A DNA stretch of 61,725 nucleotides, the filler included. It is 6 parts of 6 records of this genome, joined end to end, with 100 filler letters (N's around TTAATTAATTAA, not from the genome) between each part and the next. Parts side by side here need not be neighbours in the genome. Positions count along the whole stretch, not along the records: positions 53,980 to 61,725 come from DRR723986_8354; 5 more parts are not named here. The stretch is one strand, 5' to 3'. The position numbers and the translations under genes were made by a program. Under the pieces are notes generated by a model. It had not been told where the DNA came from, did no database searches, and worked only from the letters and a program-made list of their open reading frames with translations. Of this stretch, positions 61,698 to 61,725 are shown one piece after another (position 1 is the first letter of the stretch; every line of letters begins with the position of its first letter).

Positions 61698-61725
61698 CTT
61701 CTTTGGTCCCCAAATACCTCGGGGG
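61698..61725 (-). repeat. REP-like repeat, inverted partial copy
   Basis: Reverse complement CCCCCGAGGTATTTggGGACCAAAGAAG matches 54004-54031 at 26 of 28 positions. Confidence 0.75.

Noticed and set aside
53984-61725. Contig 6 as a composite transposon bounded by terminal inverted repeats
   Set aside because: No transposase, only housekeeping cargo, and the repeats sit at operon 3' ends like REP elements.

Overview
This window is not one locus. It is six unrelated contigs joined by identical 100-nt artificial spacers (44 N + TTAATTAATTAA + 44 N), so no synteny can be inferred across the spacers. Taxonomic labels below are inferred from protein style only. Contig 1 (1-13792, Marinobacter-like gammaproteobacterium) holds acuR-acuI-AhpD-like genes, a NosR-like FMN/4Fe-4S membrane protein, pqqABCDE with an S9 peptidase (pqqH-like), ercA/ercS-like genes and a truncated CotH-kinase lipoprotein. 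Contig 2 (13893-25196, Roseobacter group) holds an MMPL/LolA-like pair and an unassigned catabolic cluster: two DeoR regulators, a GcvT-family flavoprotein, a choline-kinase-like enzyme, an IMPase/HisN-like phosphatase and a TmoX/ProX-like ABC transporter. Contig 3 (25297-38707, high-GC Rhodobacteraceae) holds a Gly-specific NRPS and an atypical C-PCP-TE protein (HQxxxDG condensation motif, Cys-type TE motif), co-oriented with a priming sugar transferase, a flippase, a methyltransferase, a Crp/Fnr regulator and a 2OG-Fe(II)-like oxygenase. Contig 4 (38808-47581) is housekeeping (groES promoter with CIRCE, ppaC, ribF, ltaE, prs) plus an unannotated Lys-rich 39-aa ORF and a candidate structured RNA. 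Contig 5 (47682-53879, Hyphomonadaceae/Caulobacterales-like) holds carA, yqeY, a PRC-barrel lipoprotein with an EcfG-type promoter, dnaG lacking Zn ligands and rpoD. Contig 6 (53980-61725) holds mlaC/mlaA, a T1SS ABC/MFP pair and a RidA-GDPD-GNAT-phhB operon, bounded by inverted REP-like repeats. The best candidates for undescribed systems are the NRPS-polysaccharide cluster of contig 3 and the kinase/phosphatase/demethylase/ABC cluster of contig 2.
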